A stretch of 63,568 nucleotides of DNA, the filler included, from Platydemus manokwari (lineage: Eukaryota), in assembly GCA_037951405.1 (NCBI GenBank). It is 6 parts of 6 records of this genome, joined end to end, with 100 filler letters (N's around TTAATTAATTAA, not from the genome) between each part and the next. Parts side by side here need not be neighbours in the genome. Positions count along the whole stretch, not along the records: positions 1 to 9,564 come from JBBMOY011231654.1; positions 9,665 to 23,321 come from JBBMOY011655848.1; 4 more parts are not named here. One strand, given 5' to 3'. The notes under the pieces were generated by a model, which searched no databases, had not been told where the DNA came from, and saw only the letters and a list, made by a program, of their open reading frames with translations. The first letter of the stretch is position 1. Each line of letters starts with the position of its first letter. Shown here piece by piece: positions 1 through 13,089 of this stretch. The translations under genes and the position numbers were made by a program.

Positions 1-44
1 TGAGCAAGTAGCTGATGTAAAATAAGGTAAACGAAATCCTCATT

Positions 45-331
45 CTATGATGTACTTCGTGTTGAATTTTCGAACGGATTGCTTTTGCCATTCAGAAATT
101 CTTCACATTCAACGCAAATTGGAACCTTGTTCTGAATTCCCAGTGACGGCAGAGCCAATTTACTACCCCAACATGAATTGCAAAATAAATAGCCACATCG
201 TCGACAATGATGTTTCCTACGAAAAACATTAAAATTTCTATCACAATGACAACATCGAGGAAAGAATTCATCCGATCTCCATTCAGGTCGACATGGTTGT
301 AAATTTTGATCAATGAATTGAATAGAATTAT
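45..331 (-). CDS. Terminal exon of a FYVE zinc-finger protein gene (absent from the ORF track; upstream exons not identified)
   Basis: Minus-strand frame after an AG acceptor at 333-332 reads NSIQFIDQNLQPCRPEWRSDEFFPRCCHCDRNFNVFRRKHHCRRCGYLFCNSCWGSKLALPSLGIQNKVPICVECEEFLNGKSNPFENSTRSTS*. It has WxxD, R(R/K)HHCRxCG and the full set of Zn-ligand cysteines. Confidence 0.93.
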
Positions 332-559
332 CTAGAGAAAATTATAAAATATAAATGATAATATTATTGATCTTCAATATCAAAGATAAAATAAAATATC
401 GATTATAAACCAAATCAATTGATCAAGTTTTATAGAATATAGAATATATCATTGATTAAATCTGGGTTCATACCAAGAACTAATTATATAGAGGGGTACT
501 GAATAAAGATATTATATTTTCTATATCTAATACGTGAGCAATAATATCAATAAATCAAT

Positions 560-2700
560 ACGCAGATAATTTACAAATCAGGCATGCATTATTCGAGTCA
601 GTTGGCACGAACATTATAAAAGAGTCCATTTTAACAATAACTGCCAGCATTTTTTGCTCGGTAACTTGCATTCTCTATTTTTACTTTTGTGATTTTTCCG
701 AGAGCCAATTTTTTGGGTTTTTTCTGTTTCGGCTTTCGGGTACTGATCCAGTCTTGAGGGATAATTTGCTATTGCATTGTAATACAGTTTTAATTGTGCG
801 TTTAAGGGGGATTCGTAAATGGAAATGTGAATGTGGTATGTATGTGTGCATGTTGTTTCATTGATATTGATTAGTGATTGCGCAAATGTCAGTTGCTACG
901 ATCCAATGAACTTCTAAGAGGTTATTACATCATCAGTGATAAGATGATGAATTGTGTTAAATAAATTAAATTCTTAACATGACGACCAAAGTCCAGAATT
1001 TTATCAAACCTCCAGAACAGTTAAAATCAAAAGATGATTTGGACAAATTCATCACAGAAACAAAGAGATTCTTCGAGTTGACTCATCAGCCAACAGAATT
1101 CGAAGAAACAATGGTGAAGGCTTTTCTTGCTATAGAATTTCTACCAATATATAAGGCCACCGAAGGAAGAGATTTTGAAGAGAGGATTAGGAAATTGTTC
1201 GAACCCAAAATGAACCTTCCTGTAGGTCTTGATGCAACATTAAGATCCTTTCTAAAGGAAAGGAAGAAAACGGCAATCAATTCTCCGAAAAAATTGAGAA
1301 GCTAACAGACAATAACCTTCAGCATAAATTAACCAAGCCGTCATTAATAATGTTTTTGACTCAACACGCAATTGAGGATGTGGAAATAAAAAAGAAATGA
1401 AAATGTGGGAAGCAAAAAACAGTGCACCAAACAAAAGACGTCATTTAGAACATGTAAGACATTAAAAAAGGAATAGAGGGAAAGAATCACTTGCTGCGAT
1501 TTATAAGAAATTGTTATTTGCAGATATAACTTTGCAGATATAACAAAGAATATAAAGCAATGGAATTCTCTAATTTGAAGAAGCCAACTCTCAGATCGTC
1601 AACATGAAACGAAAAGACAGTGACAAAATGGACGATATCAAAACACATGGAACTCGGACACATCGTAGCTCAATGCTGCAACGTACACTATCTTGTTTGG
1701 GGTAGAAATGGCCATTTTCAGTATCAATGCAGAGTATACAATCAGGCCAGTGCACCCCCACGACGACACTTTGAGAACTTTCAAAACCGAGGCAGACGGG
1801 ACCCACAATCGAAAGGATCATTTTATTTAAAATCAGGAGAGCAGAGGAACTTTAATGCCATTAATGACAATGATGAAGCGATGGAAATGGACATAGAGAA
1901 GTAGCCTCCTTACAGGGAGGCGTTAGGAGCCATAAAATTTAAGTAGGCATGTAACTGATACTGAATGTATGAATGAGAATGTATGTGAAATGAATGTATG
2001 TGTGTCTGAATATATGAGAAAGAATGATGATTTTATTTCGAATGATTGTGATTGTATTTCCATTGATGATGAAACCTCTTACAATATCCCTATATTTAAG
2101 AATAAGCTGGATAATATTGTTAAATTTAAAAATTTACATAAGTATGCTAGTAATGCGGTGGATGTAAGTAATGTTTGTAACTTGAAGAAAGAAAAATTGA
2201 ATATCGTTTATGATGTTATGAATGGAAGACCCAGCATTAAGATTTGGTTAGGAAAGCGTATTAAATTGCATTCCTTGTTGGATACAGGTGCTAAAATAAA
2301 TGTCATCATCGAATCAATGATTAAAAAACTAAATATTATTGATAGAATAGGTGAATCTTTGATAAAAGAGACTTGCGCAAATGAAAGCAATTTAACGATT
2401 CTTAGAGACAACGATGAGGGACATTACCAAAATAAAAAAATTTTATGTGGCAAAGACTATAACTCCAAATGTAATGGCTGGCTTTGATATGATGAATGAA
2501 TTTAATATAGAAATGAGTGTTAAAAATGTTGGGGACAATTGAACAGGTTCCGAGTATGTTAATGTATTAGACGTGAAAATAGATAAATTTCATCAAAAAT
2601 AAGTGGGACATAGGTAAGACAGATTTTCTTAAGCATTAATCCTCGAAGACAGCCTATACATTTAGAAATCAAGATCAACGAAATGATTAAAGAAATGGAA
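560..2700 (+). mobile_element. Decayed Ty3/gypsy LTR retrotransposon, 5' part (LTR-like region, gag, degenerate zinc knuckle, aspartic protease)
   Basis: Gag-like ORF 979-1305; knuckle remnant GRNGHFQYQC near 1700; protease motif HSLLDTGAKINVI in ORF 1969-2487; RT-start remnant NPRRQPI near 2640. Many frameshifts and stops. Boundaries approximate. Confidence 0.8.
615..757 (+). promoter_or_regulatory. LTR-like promoter cassette, copy A
   Basis: TATAAAAGAG...CTGCCAGCATTTTTTGCTCGGTAAC...CTTTCGGGTACTGATCCAGTCTTGA upstream of gag in the same orientation. The same blocks recur with similar spacing at 35246 and, partly, at 38666. Confidence 0.5.
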
Positions 2701-3642
2701 AATATTATTTTAAAGCTAAATTTCGTATCCTCTGATATTAATCATATTTTGAAAATTAAAATAATGTATATAGGAAACAATAAAAATTCTCGAAAATTAA
2801 TAAATAAAAATTATCTTTTTGAAATAAAATCTAAAATATGTGTTATTATTTGTTAAAATTATATTACTAGTAATGAGAAGATTACTTAGTTAGTAAAACA
2901 ACATTCTTGTGAAATTATAAAACACTATCTTATTTTATGTTTTATAATTTATGATTTTGTAAAAACATTATAGCAAAGTTAGTATTTCATTCAAATGTAC
3001 ATCAAAATATTTTGTTAGTTCTTTAATTTCATTACTTATTCTTGCTGAAATTCTGATGGAATAGTTGTTCACTAAAATTTAATTTAAATACCTTTTGCTA
3101 TTTTAGCCTTATTCTTCTACATGTCACATTTATTAAATATTTACCTTGATATAGATAATGCTAATTATACAATACTATTAATTTATTTTTGTAACTTTTA
3201 GAAAGTTAATTTCGCCTAAGCACAGAGAAATCTACTTCTGATCTTTCGTTATTATATCCAATAAAAACTATGGTTATTTTGACTTATTTGCAATACATCT
3301 ACATAAAAGCACATCATTTTTTACTTGAAATAAATTAAATTCTTGTGTGTAGGTTATGGTATCTAGAGGCTTGTCCAAAAAATATGTTTTAAATATGTTT
3401 CGAATATAATTCACTTTATAGTTTTCAAAATAATAATTATTTATTTAAACATCTCATTAGCATTGTGAAATAAAATATAAATATAAATATGGTATTCTCC
3501 ATTTGTCCCATGCGACCTTTTAGGAGAAATAAATGAATTACTTATCAAATATTATTATTTTATTCATCTAACCAATCATATTTTAACAAATCATAATTAA
3601 ATCATATTTAAATAGGAAAAAAACGGTAGTTTCTCATTTAAA

Positions 3643-4518
3643 ATGAATAGCACGTATTTATCACAGTGCTTAACTGTACCGTTTATTAAATCAATTCCAA
3701 AATGGTATCACAGCATCATTTATTTACCATTATCGATTTTAGGATGTATTCTAAATATTGTGTTATATATCTGCTACAATAAACGAAGATTTGAAATTTT
3801 GGGAAAACGAAAAACATTTATATTTATAAGAAAATTACTAACCTCTGTTTATATTTGTTCATCGATCGTCATATTCTTTGAAAGTACAGTTCTCATATTT
3901 TACCAAAATAGAAGCGATATTTTCTTTCATCTAATGCTTCAAACAAAATCCATAATTTTTGTATTGGAACTTCTTATTTTCAATGTTTTAGCAATTGACC
4001 GGTTATTGATAATTTTGAAACCATTTTCTGAATGGTGGAATGCAAAATTTGTAAAGATAACTGTAGGATTAACATTTTTTACACATATTACTTTGGAAAC
4101 GATAACAAGAACAATGATTATTGTTCAGATTCAATGCATAACAAATAAAACTCCACATTTCTTTCTATTCTATTACAAAAGATTGGTAATTCTCATATTT
4201 GTAGCTACAAATATCATTGTTTATGGATCTATTATTGTTGTTTTTGGATGGAGGCTGCACAGAAATAAATCAATCAATGACAGAGTGCGTTTGGGAAATT
4301 TTATGAAATTATCTTTGATAACAATCGAAACCAATTTTATTTACTTATTGTCAATTATTCCGTATTTATCGATATTTTTTCGCATTGGTAGCATCGAATC
4401 AGATACAGTAACAAATATATATTTTATCAATTGCATTACAAACGTGATAATAATTTCATTGAATAATTCATTTTTACGGACAAAATTGCTTTGTAAAAAT
4501 AAAATTGGAACACATTGA
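3643..4518 (+). CDS. Intronless divergent class-A (rhodopsin-like) 7TM receptor, 291 aa
   Basis: Seven hydrophobic segments; TM1 G..LN, TM3 LAIDRLLII, TM5 IVYGSI, TM6 Pro, TM7 FINCITNVII. Clear paralog of 30505-31398. Confidence 0.85.
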   Translation: MNSTYLSQCLTVPFIKSIPKWYHSIIYLPLSILGCILNIVLYICYNKRRFEILGKRKTFIFIRKLLTSVYICSSIVIFFESTVLIFYQNRSDIFFHLMLQTKSIIFVLELLIFNVLAIDRLLIILKPFSEWWNAKFVKITVGLTFFTHITLETITRTMIIVQIQCITNKTPHFFLFYYKRLVILIFVATNIIVYGSIIVVFGWRLHRNKSINDRVRLGNFMKLSLITIETNFIYLLSIIPYLSIFFRIGSIESDTVTNIYFINCITNVIIISLNNSFLRTKLLCKNKIGTH

Positions 4519-4699
4519 ATACAAATTATTTTGGAATTGTTTTTATTTCAAAAATTATCTAATAAACTTTAAGTATAAGCGATAAATAAAAACAAATATT
4601 TTTTATATATTTCAATAACTTTATTAAAATCCATGTTGTTACAACTTTTACTTTAGGTTCAATGAAATCTAAAAATTGGGTGTAATAGATGAAATAATA

Positions 4700-5346
4700 T
4701 ACTGTAAAATCCCGAGTATAAGCTGCAGCGCGTATTAGCTGCAGATGACATTTTTATACAAATATATTTTTTAGTTGTATAAACTACAGCACGTTTAGCT
4801 GGACCATTTTCGTTAAAATACTTGATTTTAAAACAGCAACCTATCATTAAAAAACAAATTTTACCGTGATAATAACCTTTTTCTTTTAATTGTTTGTATT
4901 GTTTACATTGTTTATTGCACTGTTTTGAATCCTTGATTGAAATGGATAACGATTCTAAACAAAAACAAAAGAAACAACGAATATCTTTTAGTTCATCAAA
5001 GAAAAAAGAAATTTTTGAATTAGCTCGTCAGTTAGGAAACACACAGGAGGTTGCAAGACGATATGAAATCAATAAAACTGTTATTCAACGATGGATCACC
5101 GAAGAGTTTGTTATCAAAGCAATGAATCTAAATCGAAGATCTTTGCGTTGTTGTAACGCTAGATATCCGAAATTGGAAACGAATTTACACGAATGGATTC
5201 TAATTCAACGTGAACGAGAACTTCAAGTGTCGGTTGTTGGAATTCGTTTACAAGCAAAATTATATGTAAAGCGCACAACAGTAGTACAACAAAAAAGCAT
5301 TTCAAGCAATTTTAAGTATGTGATACGCACTGTTACAAAGATTTAG
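4700..5346 (+). mobile_element. pogo/POGK (Tigger-like) DNA transposon, 5' fragment: TA + TIR and N-terminal HTH domains
   Basis: TA|CTGTAAAATCCCGAGTATAAGC TIR-like end at 4700. Frame from ATG 4942 has a Brinker-like HTH (RISFSSSKKKEI...VARRYEINKTVIQRW) and a CENP-B HTH (YPKLETNLHEWI...R). Truncated before the DDE domain. Confidence 0.85.
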
Positions 5347-8300
5347 GGTAATTGTCGAGATGAACAGAAAAAAACAAAAATTTAAGATGATAAAGTTTTC
5401 TTTTAATTTGTTTGACCTGAGAAGACTTGATAGATCACCTTAAATAAGTATGAATAGTCAGCATATTTAATTAAAGATATAAATATTGTACATATAATTA
5501 TTAGGAGAGACTAACATATTTTTTGTAACGTGCAATAGTTACAAAAATCTCAAATCGTTAAATCGTTTTAATAAATAAAATTTTATTAAAATTATAAAAC
5601 AATGTATGCAAAGAACTTTGACTGTCATTGACCTGCTTATAAATATTCAAACTAATGATTTTGCTTTTAATTTATTCGATTTATAGGTTAAGGTGCCAAA
5701 TAAATATAAGCATTAGACATTTTGATCGATATTTATTTTAGTTCTTAATTTACATTTCAAGTGAAGTTTAATCGAAATCATTTGGTGGGTTTGTTTTATT
5801 TAAAATCTTTTATTAAATCAATAAAACGAAATTTTTATGGGTGATATTTTATAAAAAAAGTTTAATTGATATCAATGATTGGATATGAATTACAAAACGT
5901 AATTTGCGTTTCTTTAAATGGGCGATGTCCACAATAATTTATTATTTAATCAGAAGGATTTATGGATTTATTGTTTTGGAAATAGTATTAATGAATATTT
6001 TTACGTAAAAATTACTTAACAAATACATAACTAAATTTGCCGTTGTTCTCTCATAAACGATGAATGTTTCGATAAAAATAAACAGTCAATATTTTTAAAA
6101 CTTAAATTTTAATTTCTAATAAATTTCTAAAATAAATATTGATTATAGCATTGCTTTTGATTTATAAAAATTGCGTTAGCACTTCAAACACTTGGCTAGC
6201 TAAATTGAAAAGTGACATATAAATTCAGTTTTTTAACAAAATATAAAAAAACTCATAAATATAAGAAAGTTCTTTGCATTTTATTACAAAAAATATTCCA
6301 AGGATTTTCTTTTAGAATATCTTATGCTTGGCTGTATTAGCAATTTGGGTGTAACGAATAATCTTGATTTCATGAGTTCAAACAATAAATAGAAACAATA
6401 AGGGTATCAGTGTTGCAAAATGTGACCATAGAAATACTTGGAATTCATCCATAATCTGTACAATCTGTATTATAATTTACAAATTTTATAGAGTATAATG
6501 TTTTCAGCTTGTATATGTGATTTCATGTGAATCTGCACTTGATCTTGCTACTGCTAGCATAGAAACTAGTGCAACTGTTAATACCAGTGTTCATAAATGC
6601 TATAACATACACTCAACAGTTTCTGTCAATTTATTATTTACCGATATCCGAAATAACTATTCTCATATTTTGAATACAATTTCAATATGATACAAATAAG
6701 ATAATCGTGATTACTAATACAAAATTTACATACAATTAGAAAATAACCTGAACAATACTAGTTCGTAAATAGCTTTCAGGACTTCAATTATTTAATATAT
6801 TTAAACAACTAATTTATTAAATAATCCAATTTCTCAAAATATATGTTTAATATCATTATATGTTTAATATTTATTTTTACAATTAATAATTTTATTTTAA
6901 TAATTATTATTCTCTTTTTGTTTTACTTATTTATTTTAATATAAAAGGTTTCCTCATTAATTCTTTTGATTTATTTGGATAAATTAATTTAAATTATCCT
7001 GTTTTATTATATATTTTTGTTATATATGTCCTTCATATACTAAATTATTATTTATATTAAAACAAATTATTATAATCCGATTATTAAATTGTGTATCGAA
7101 TTGTTCGACATTCAAATAAATTTTAAACAGAGAATAAAAAATTAGACAAAGAGAAAAATTAAAATTGTATTCATTTAAATTGTACTGTTTCTCAAAGTCC
7201 GTGGTTCACAGTTTCCAAAATTCAGGAATTTTGTTTTCTCCTCGTATGAAGATTACTCTTTTGACTTCGATTGTTCGTTGAAGAGAATAGCGAATTTCTA
7301 AATATGATCTTCGATCTGGTTTTATTGGTTAAGTGTGTCGCACTGTTTTCTTTTTCTTAACAAAATGATAGGCATAAATCAAGTGAAAACATTATCACAA
7401 AACATTTGAACTAAAATTAATTTAATATAACTTGAATTTCGTTAATCCTACACTTTACGTATTTAGTGTCTATAAAATAAAAATGTGGAATAAAATTTTT
7501 CCATTCAATCATTTTATTTTTAACTAATTAGGATAATTATTTTTTTTTTAATTAAGAAAAAAGTTAGCTAATTTATTTGGTAATACAAAATTTTATAAAA
7601 ATTATTAAAAATAATTTCTCATAAATTAACTTACTAAAATATACTTAAAGAGATCGAAACAGGGAAATGAAAGTGAGGTATTTATTAGTGCCCCACCAAA
7701 CTGAAGAAAAATGAATAAATATTCAAAGGCAACCGTACTTATAAACAGAATAGTGTCCTAATTTTAATGAAACATTATAAAATGAGCATCGAACTCATTG
7801 AAACATGCTCTATCAGTGAATCAAATTTCGATTTATCCACATGACGAACAAAGACACAATACTAACACTGAATAAGGAGTTCATGAAAAGAATGACATGT
7901 AAGAAGTGCCTCTACCCACCAGAGTCACAAACTCATGTCTTTACTATGTGTAAACCAACATGGGCAGTGAAGACATTTCCTTTGACCAAATAATGAAAAT
8001 GCAATCAAATCATGTAGTAAATAACACAAACTTTTGTGTCTTAAATTATCATAAATGTCAATTCATTGAATTTTAATTTTGAGTAGATTTATAGATTTTA
8101 AAAAAATGAAATTCTATGATTATCATGAAGGATATCAAATGTCCATTAGACCAATCCTACAATTATGGTAGATATTAACAACACAAACTTTGAAAAATAT
8201 TCAGCACTACGGAAAAAGATTGACAAGAAAAAGCTCAACTATACAGTGGACCTTTACCCGCTTACAGTTTAGGTAATGGGAACACGAATAAAAAATAATA

Positions 8301-9564
8301 ATTATATAATACGAAAACTTGAATTTTTACAATAGCATATTATATTTGACGCAATAAATTGCATAAAATATAATATATCAACTTGGTATCTCCAAGGAGA
8401 ATTACAATAAGGCCAAAAGTGTGCTGAAAAAATCATAAGATTACAGATCAAAGAGTAGAACCAACAATGGAATTAGAAGATGATGAGTTCTAATTGGAAG
8501 TGAAACGAATAAAATGCAAAGTGCGTTGTCATTGAGTCGATTATTTAAGGAACTCTTATTTATAAAGTCAATTTTTCCTGACTTATTAACCATTATTTAA
8601 AATAAATATCTGTTTTTTTGATTTTTTAAATTTAAATTTTTCTTCATATTGATAGTATATTTTTCTTATTTTGGATAATCTATATTATAACACTGAAAAT
8701 GTCAACTTTGTTTCTGATCTACATTTTTTACTACTTGAAACTTACTCATGCATTGCAAATTTAAACATTTCCAAAACAAGCTCTTGCATATTCTGCTCTA
8801 TTTTTTTATAATAAACAAGTTGTACAGTTACAATCCCCAACCAACACTCCCATTAATTCACTGAATGTCTTGAATAACATTGACTCACCACAAAATTTGA
8901 AAATACCTATATTGTTTTCATCATTAATTGCTCCAATAATGTGCATCTATTTATCTTTGACAAAGCTTCAATATTAAAGTTAAAATAAAACGTCTTTGTT
9001 TTAAATAATTCTTATGAAAGAGAAATTTACTTGAAACAACTTGTTTTGTTGATTTTGGCGACAATAAATTTTGTGAAAATGCTGTTGTAATGAAAGCAAA
9101 TTCAAACATTTTTGTAGCCGAAATGATAGATTGACAACTTAAAAGATTTATCAAGGGAAGATAAGTAAATTGGTAAATGATCCAATTGCAAACTTCTGGC
9201 CTATTCATATTTTTATACAAGCTTATTTTGTATAGTATTCTCAACCAAGTGTATTTACACCTAAATCTTTTAGAGTTATACCCAAATTATAGTGTATTGG
9301 AAAAACATTTTTTACTCTTGATATTTTAATTTATGAAAATTATTATTAGAATAATAAGTTGTATGTCTCGATATAAATAACATAATTTTTATCTAGGCTC
9401 TCGTGATTCCACAATCTATTTTTTAATAAAAAATGTAGCATTACAGAATTTGTATTGATTAAAATTTTTTTTAAAAGACATTTTCTAAATTATTTTTTTA
9501 TTTTAAATAATTAAAAAATTAAATAGTTTTCTGATAATGAGATATCTGGTTCAATCGTAATCAA

Positions 9565-9664
9565 NNNNNNNNNNNNNNNNNNNNNNNNNNNNNNNNNNNN
9601 NNNNNNNNTTAATTAATTAANNNNNNNNNNNNNNNNNNNNNNNNNNNNNNNNNNNNNNNNNNNN
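9565..9664. other. Assembly linker/gap
   Basis: N44-TTAATTAATTAA-N44. Confidence 0.99.
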
Positions 9665-10967
9665 TGTGTGAAATATTTATGTTTGGAGAATCCATTTTTC
9701 TCTTATTTATTGTAAATATTGTGATTAATTCAATGTAAAAAGATAAGATTCTCAATCATAAAGTTATCTAGTAATATAAATTATTTTATGTGATTCATTT
9801 TTTTCTTTCGATCTTTACCGAATAATTGCGGCTCGGTACCTTAGCTTGTTCCGGGATAATTCCTTATTACTTTGTTAAATGATCTGCCATGAGGCTACAC
9901 TGACATTTCATTTTGTTTGATTTTATTTCAAATTATCAATATATTACCATAATATTACAGCTTTTTCTGGGAAAGATCATATTATTAACCGAATATAATA
10001 TATAATCAATATCAAAACAAAATATAAAGATAAATATTTTTCTTACGTCAAAAATATTTGATAATCGAAAACACTTACATTTTACGATTATTTTGAAATG
10101 CATTTGTAAAAATATATCTCTAAATGATTTCGGTTGATATACTACTTTTAAACAATGCGAATTATCAACAATGATTTCAGCTATTTACAATTTTATTTTT
10201 AACGTTGTGATTGTGTTCGGTGCTATAAATATTCTTCTATTATTAATGTGCGTTTCTGTATAAGTTATCAGTTATTTAAACGATAATTATCAGTTATTAT
10301 TGTCGATAAAAATGACCTAAATTTGTTGAATGAAACTTTTGTTTTATTTTGTTTCTACCTAATTATTTAGTTAATTATTCCGTTAGCCGTAGAATTTTTG
10401 TTGATTTTCTTCTAGTTTAATTCAGACGGGATTTATTTTTCAAAAGTTTATTTTTATCTCACATGTACCAGAAAATATGATTTCATTAAGAATGTGAAAT
10501 CTTTTTGAAATATAACAAAAACTAAATAACAGGTTTGGAGAACTGGACCGTTTGCTGATTGAACCGTTGTCAACTCCAAAGAGTTGTCCACGTATAGATT
10601 AAGTTCAAAGATTTTTCAATTAACTATCGGCGACTCTTATCTTCAAACCTGCTATTTGTTGCCGCTTTATATAATTTTATCAAAACTAAATTCTGAGTTC
10701 CCTTAACAATTCTGCTATCCTGGGTGTTGGCTCTAAAATCTGCATATTTTTCATTAGCTAATTTTTAACTTTTAATTAATCAGTCAAATTCGAGCAACGA
10801 GATTTTAATTAAATTATCTCCCAACATCGTTAAAAATATTTTTCCCCGTTCAATTTAGAAATATTTATTATCATAATAAAGCTAGAAGAGGAAAATTAAA
10901 TGTTAATATTATACTTTTAGAATTTTGTATGACAATTTTTATTTTATTTCAATGAATTTTTTATTAG

Positions 10968-13089
10968 GATGACAGATATTTTCTCTCGGGCAGTCTTGAT
11001 GGAAAATTGCGATTGTGGAATATTCCTGACAAAAAAATACGCTATTGGGTCGAAGCGTTGTTACCAAATTCATTACCAGCAGCTTCATTATTTTCGCCAT
11101 TAAAATCATCTAGTAATTCATTGCTACCTCCAAAAACTGTGATTACGTGTGCTGTTTTCGTTTGTGAAGCCACTAAGGTAGCTGTTGGTACATATGACGG
11201 TCGAATATTATTTTATACTGCTGAGGTATATCTTTATGCATGAGTGGTTATGGTTTATTCAATACAATTCACAATTTTCAGTTGGAATATATTACATCGA
11301 TGGCTATCAAAAGTTCTCACAGGAAGAATAAATATTGTCGCGTGACAGCGATTGAGGTCGATCCAACAGATTCGTGCAAAGTCGGTGAATATTTGGAATG
11401 TTACACACATAGATAAAATAATCGTTAATAGATTTTGGTAACTACCAATGATTCGCGGGTACGTTTGATTGACGCTCGAGATTATCACATCATTTGCAAA
11501 TATCGTGGCTTTGTCAACACTAGTAGCCGAATCAGAGCCAGTTTCAGGTATTTTTTTAATATTATTATTGTAATAAAGGAAAACATTTTACGATTTTATT
11601 CAAATGCACCTTGTGAATAGATTCGAAAGATGATAGCTTTGATAATCTACTTATAGGCCAGTAAGTAGTATTGACACTGTAAAATTTTTCATAAATTGTA
11701 ATTCTGTTGAAAGCGATTGATATTTCTTTTCCTTATTTTGCCATCTGTTTGAAGAGAAAAACCGTAAGAGAAAGTGAAACTGGATTTTATTTTTCCAATT
11801 AATATAATTAATCATATCACCGCATATTATCAATCTGCATATTACCAGTTATTGGAATATATTGATAAATGTTTTAGAATTTTTAGATAATATTGATTAT
11901 TTTTTACATTTTTATAATTTTCTTTTATTAATAGAAATAATACTGGACATTGGCAATTTGTTGTGTGAATGAAAGAATTAAATGCAAAATATAGAGAATG
12001 AATTAATTGATTATAATCTATGATAGAGAGAGAGAATCGATAAATAAATGTGTCCATTAGATCGGGACTTAATTTGAATTGTGATTGAATTTGGTTTGCT
12101 TTTGTTTGCAATCAAGGAAATCCATTATTTATCTTTGCTGCCATTGTAGAAAAAAAATGGTATCAATTGTTAAAGGCCATATTATTTTCAATCAAAAAAT
12201 TGCGTAATAATCAATTCGCCATATTCTCCATTTTCAAATCGTCCTGCCCACTTTTCAATATGAATTTGATTCTATAATAATATACAGACAAGAAATCTAT
12301 TTTTTGCTTATGTTTTTTATTAAAGGCAAATTCGACTCGGAATAGATTCTAGATAATGATCGATCATGAAGAACAAATCACTTCGCTTCCTCACAATAAA
12401 ACCTATAATGAGTGGGGCTTTGTTATCCTTAATAACTTTATGATTTGTTCGAGATTTTCTCAGTCTAACTATAAAAAATAAACCTATGCTTATCTATCTA
12501 AGAATGGACAATATCCTTGGAGATTGATTTAAGTTGATAGTTAAATATTTAATGGACAGAATATGAAAAAAATGAATTCATTTATGATTGCCTGATCTTA
12601 TTTTGTTTAAATTATCCGAATAATAAAGATTTAAAATTGAAATCTATTTGTTCAGCCCTACTGGTAAATATATTATCAGCGGATCCGAAAATAGTTCGTT
12701 TTATATCTGGAAAAAAGATGTTGAAGTAAACAAAATGACTCGATTCTCAACGACCAGAAAGGATCGTAATAACTATTGGGAAGCTATAAAAGGTTTATTT
12801 TCGATTATTTAATGTCAGGAAAGTCATTTCAGCCAGTTTAGCTCACGAAACAGTGGTGTCAGTTTCGGGTTTCAGTCCTGCTCCTCATCTCGTTCTGGAC
12901 AAACGATTTCGACGTCGTCACAGTATCAATATGTTGAATCATCCTTATTCTCTCGATCAACATTCTATCGTTAGCAAGCCTGATAATTATTTAGGTGAAG
13001 TTATCGTTTCAGCAGATATCAATGGAGTTATACGTGTCTTTAAAAACAGATTACATTCTCACCCCGTTTCAGCCAAACCTATTCAATGA
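10968..13089 (+). CDS. WDR44: WD repeat protein 44 (rabphilin-11), 3' five exons: 10968-11225, 11282-11380, 11432-11547, 12656-12792, 12842-13089; 5' part outside the contig
   Basis: Spliced peptide contains DDRYFLSGSLDGKLRLWNIPDKK, AVGTYDGRILFY, ILVTTNDSRVRL, CKYRGFVNTSSRIRASFS, GKYIISGSEN, RKDRNNYWE and VIVSADINGVIRVF, all matching recalled WDR44 motifs. GT-AG junctions keep the frame. Confidence 0.93.

Noticed and set aside
47-313. ORF-track ORFs 47-232 (+) and 92-313 (-)
   Set aside because: Shadow frames of the real FYVE exon.
3643-4518. Opsin identity for the 7TM receptors
   Set aside because: No TM7 retinal-binding Lys and no NPxxY.
7600-9300. Protein-like but broken frames (also 24550-25250), possibly old retroelements
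   Set aside because: No diagnostic motif, so they cannot be classified.
9609-9620. Palindrome TTAATTAATTAA recurring five times as a biological site
   Set aside because: Always centred in N runs; it is a synthetic six-frame stop linker.
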